A DNA stretch of 64,000 nucleotides from Podarcis gaigeae. Taxonomy: Eukaryota. Shown piece by piece: positions 61,401 to 64,000 of the stretch. The stretch's first letter is position 1; every line of letters starts with the position of its first letter. Position numbers and translations under genes: made by a program. The notes beneath the pieces are model-generated. The model was not told where the DNA came from, did no database searches, and saw only the letters and a program-made list of their open reading frames with translations. The stretch lies in assembly GCA_964106915.2 (NCBI GenBank), contig OZ066914.1; one strand, given 5' to 3'.

Positions 61401-62482
61401 AATGAAAGACAAAGTGCGAGACTGGTTACATTACGCTCAGATTCAAGAAATTTTTAAAAAGGATAAAAAGTTAGGATTCCAGGTGGAGAAATCGAAGTTG
61501 GAAACAGAATTGTTAGAACCTAAGACTAAAGTACTCTCAAGAATGTATAACTTGCTGTTGAAATGGAATACACAAGATGAAATGGTTAAGTCGGCCATGA
61601 TAAAGTGGGCACAGGATATTGGGCATAATATTATGTTTGAGGATTGGGAAAGGTTGTGGACCACGGGGATGAACTTCACGGCATGTAATGCTCTGAAGGA
61701 AAATGTAATGAAAATGATATATAGGTGGTACATGACCCCAGTTAAACTTGCCAAAATATGCCATGTGCCAGATAATAAATGTTGGAAATGTAAGGAAAAT
61801 GAAGGAACATTCTTTCACCTCTGGTGGACTTGTCCCAGGGTGAAGGTCTTCTGGGAAATGATATATAATGAGCTGAAAAAGGTATTTAAGTATACCTTCC
61901 TTAAGAAACCAGAGGCCTTCCTCCTGGGCATTGTCGGCCAGATGGTGCCAAAGAAGGATCGAACATTCTTTTTGTACGCAACAGCAGCAGCAAGGATACT
62001 TATCGCCAAGAAGTGGAAAACTCAAGATCTACCCACTCTGGAAGAATGGCAGATGCAGCTGATGGACTATATGCAACTGGCTGAGATGACTGGCAGAATT
62101 CGAGACCTGGGAGAAGAGAGGGTTGAAGAAGATTGGAGGAAATTTAAGACTTATTTACAAAAATACTGTGATTTGGTGGAAAGTTAAGTAGGATGTTTGA
62201 TCATAAATAATTGGCCACCACAAAATCGGATCGGAATGGGATGTAAAGTGAGATTAAGAGAAATTAATTTGCAGAGGACTATATTTAAATAAGTGGTTAT
62301 AAAATTTGCAAATTAGATGATAAATTGCATGGAAAAAATCTATGATGATGAAAATGGCAGCGGGAGATGTGAGGAAGTCCAAAGAAGTTATGAAACTCTG
62401 TTGAGATAAAAGTAAGGTTGTTTATTGTCTTTGTACTTTATTCTGTAAAAACCCCTAATAAAAAATTTTATTAAAAAAAAAA
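57995..62482 (+). mobile_element. L1-clade LINE, 5'-truncated within ORF1, with intact ORF2, 3'UTR, AATAAA and A-tail
   Basis: ORF1 remnant, 15-nt spacer (58432-58446), ORF2, AATAAA at 62457-62462 and A-run at 62473-62483. Flanked by an identical 169-bp direct repeat. Confidence 0.95.
58447..62187 (+). CDS. LINE-1-type ORF2p (APE endonuclease + reverse transcriptase + C-terminal CCHC), 1246 aa, uninterrupted
   Basis: APE motifs SWNING, LQETH, IYAPN, GDMN, SDH. RT motifs KSPGPDG, YRPISLLN, DAEKAFD, RQGCPISP, FADD, KYLG. C-terminal CWKC...HLWWTC. Confidence 0.96.
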   Translation: MSLQLLSWNINGCNSPEKRKKIFHILKKEQLDITCLQETHVTRLHRKILVNKRLGQEFISSDSVKKRGVVIYAKESLSPKFLFKDEHGRILAIEIQHQGEKILILGIYAPNEGKSEFYKKLHEIMLDYLDYDNIIMMGDMNGIVSTNMDRSQSQKVTKDGRLPKTFFEMTDNMDWIDIWRTKNPLGKEGTFFSEAQLTWTRIDQIWISRGLAPKVKKVEICPKTCSDHNALKMDMTLLPTGSFRWKMNDNLFRDQEIIKKAKKTIKDYFEINLNTAVEKRTIWDASKAVMRGFLIQQNAIKKRLQNEKKDKILGKIKELEKKLRVNPKSQPILREIKLHQAQYSKLINQEIEWKIKLMKQKTFESANKCGKLLAWQLKKRQKLNIVTNLEIEGRYIQNPVEIRKCFQKYFKKLYTQGPQNEEEIAKFLEKNGLKKLSQENRSLLNSKITRLEIEHAIQNMKLGKSPGPDGLTSKYYKTLSDYLIQPLMEVSNEIMEGKKAPESWKEAFITLIPKSETEKTQLKNYRPISLLNVDYKIFADVLAGRLKRVLNEIIHKDQAGFLPGRHLFANTRNIIDILELLQTNINTKAVLIFIDAEKAFDNISWKFMKGNLKEMGVGRGFENGIDAIYSEQKAKLIVNNVVTEEFKIEKGTRQGCPISPLLFISVLEVLLNLIRGDRLVQGIQIGAKQYKLKAFADDLVLTLQEPESSTKRVLQLIQDFGRVAGFKLNKQKTKVLGKNLTDAESERFQRETELTVVKKVKYLGVNITAKNLSLFKDNYEKCWSEIKRDLDSWSKLKLSLLGRIAAIKMNVLPRMLFLFQTLQIVDKTECFRKWQRDISKFVWQGKKPRIKFKILTDAKERGGFALPDLRLYYEAAAFCWLKDWLLLEDTDVLDLEGFNNAFGWHAYLWYDKVKINKAFKNHIVRKAVFNVWTKYKDLLENKTPRWLSPLEAKARKRPNMEAKWPKYWEIIEKEGNNWKLQSLEKMKDKVRDWLHYAQIQEIFKKDKKLGFQVEKSKLETELLEPKTKVLSRMYNLLLKWNTQDEMVKSAMIKWAQDIGHNIMFEDWERLWTTGMNFTACNALKENVMKMIYRWYMTPVKLAKICHVPDNKCWKCKENEGTFFHLWWTCPRVKVFWEMIYNELKKVFKYTFLKKPEAFLLGIVGQMVPKKDRTFFLYATAAARILIAKKWKTQDLPTLEEWQMQLMDYMQLAEMTGRIRDLGEERVEEDWRKFKTYLQKYCDLVES

Positions 62483-62651
62483 AGTAATGATTCTGAATAC
62501 CAAGTTGCCACAGGAGAGAAGAGGGCTCTTGTGTTCAAATCCTGCTTTCTGGCTTTCCACAAGCATCTGATTGTGAGAACAGAATGCTAGTCTAGATGGG
62601 ACATTGGCATGATCCATGTTCTTATGTACATTCACGGTAATCTCTGGCTGG
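62483..62651 (+). repeat. Right copy of the 169-bp perfect direct repeat (putative TSD of the L1)
   Basis: Starts immediately after the L1 A-tail and is identical to 57826-57994. Confidence 0.95.
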
Positions 62652-63417
62652 AATTTACACATATATAACATATTGTACTTCCAATCTTGTGTGTACTTTG
62701 AATGTGTGAGTGCTGTGTTCAGAAGCTATTTCGAATATGCACAGAAGAACAGGGCCAACAGAAGCCATTTTGACGACCCCCCCATTGCCACGCTTAGTCA
62801 GCATGAATATGTTTACTCAACAGGATAAACAAGCTAATTTCTATAGCTGATACAGGGCCATTTGCTGTGGATCACTTTCATTCTTGTCTTCTGGGAAGGT
62901 TTCCTTCCTTTTCTGGTTCTTTCCTCACCGTGTTCATTCGTTTTGATTTGAATCAGATGGCCTTCACTGAAGCTTAGTCACATCATTGTGTAAATACAGG
63001 CTGATGAAATGGCAGGCCCCCAAAGAGACATTAAAGAGGAAAAAGAGCAACAGTACTGTCAGCAACAAAAGCCAGCTCCTTCCAAGGCCAATTTGCGATC
63101 CAAAACCAAATACTGTGAAAATTCGTTGCAGAACCATGTATGTGCACTAGGAAATATCAGTCTAGTATTTTGGCCATAGATAACTTTACAGGCTCCAGTT
63201 GCAATAAATAAGTAGTACTGCTGATTTATCTTCTCCCTGGACAAAGTATTGTATGTACTGTATGTGTGCAATCTTCTTCTGTAAACTGTGTCATTCACCT
63301 CACATCATAAATAAATCTTGTGAATGAAATTCATCATTAATTTGTGCCATATCTCTCATCTGTATAGAGCTGTCAAATTATTGCAGTTCTATCCCTACCG
63401 ACTTATCCACACCCTAG

Positions 63418-63864
63418 TGTCGGGAGCTCACCCTACTCTCGAGTAGGACCCTGGCAGAGACACATGCCCGACTGGCATGTTCCCTCCCTCCTGGTCGATC
63501 GTTCAGGAGCTCCATAAGCTTTCTTCAGCCCAGACATCACAGCGACTGATGCCAACAGACACTGGCACACTTAGAGATCTGCAGAGTCTTCGCAGCTTGC
63601 ATAACAGACCTCAGCAACTCAGAATTTTGACTAATTTACTTTATTTACATATAAACACACACAGAGCACTGCAACATGGCTCCCTCTCTCTCTAGCATCA
63701 GAAAGCAAAGAGTGAAAGAACAAAGGACAATAGTCCCACTTCATGGAACGCAGTAACATAAACATCCTGTCTCTGTCACTTCCCACTCTGTGGAGTCAAA
63801 ACATATACTGTCATGTGAAAGACAACAATCCCATGACTGCAATCATGGAGCAGGAATTCTAACA
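63418..63864 (-). mobile_element. Solo LTR, 447 bp
   Basis: TGT...ACA termini with perfect 5-bp TSD CCTAG at 63413-63417 / 63865-63869. AATAAA on the minus strand at ~63640-63645. Confidence 0.85.
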
Positions 63865-64000
63865 CCTAGTTCCAAAAATATTACGCAATAAAACAAAAAT
63901 ATACCTGAAAGATTATGCATGCTCCTCTGCTCTAAAACAGGATATCGTTATGCTTCTTTCCCTACTTTCCCTGGGCTGTGAGAAGTTCCAGGGGCATAGC

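Noticed and set aside
57826-62651. The 169-bp direct repeats as LTRs
   Set aside because: No TG...CA ends, PBS or integrase. The element is an APE-RT LINE with an A-tail, and the repeat is part of an old CR1 that continues to the left of the first copy.
25800-64000. TRPM5 coding exons expected by synteny
   Set aside because: No recognisable TRPM5 peptide (e.g. GEVNFGG, WHLPAPNLVVSL) in the ORF track or by eye. Short exons could have been missed.
1-64000. KCNQ1OT1/imprinting centre, true tRNA or rRNA genes, CRISPR arrays
   Set aside because: KCNQ1OT1 is a mammalian feature of a far downstream intron. The tRNA-like sequences are SINE heads. No rRNA or repeat-spacer array was seen.

Overview
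This is vertebrate genomic DNA from a squamate reptile, most likely a lacertid lizard, judged from its Sauria SINE, Squam3-type SINE and BovB content. The only host coding exon I can support is KCNQ1 (Kv7.1) exon 1 on the minus strand (25443->25031), which lies in a CpG island. Bases 1-25030 are KCNQ1 intron 1. Bases from about 25.7 kb onward are upstream/intergenic DNA, where TRPM5 is the expected neighbour by mammalian synteny, but I recognised no TRPM5 exon. The rest is a dense mix of transposons: Sauria SINEs, BovB/RTE, CR1 and L2 fragments, Tc1/mariner and hAT MITEs, and a solo LTR. Three observations stand out. (1) A 5'-truncated L1-clade LINE with an intact 1246-aa ORF2 is flanked by a perfect 169-bp direct repeat, an extraordinarily long target-site duplication at a non-canonical site. 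(2) A type III hammerhead-ribozyme-like fold lies on the minus strand at 54315-54375; it is one nucleotide short in the GAAA core and sits inside a longer hairpin. (3) A ~170-bp tract was copied from the BovB locus at 42.2 kb into a different BovB 30.7 kb away at 11.5 kb, with a homology/microhomology junction signature. All of this was read by eye; repeat family names are recalled from memory and need Dfam/Repbase confirmation.
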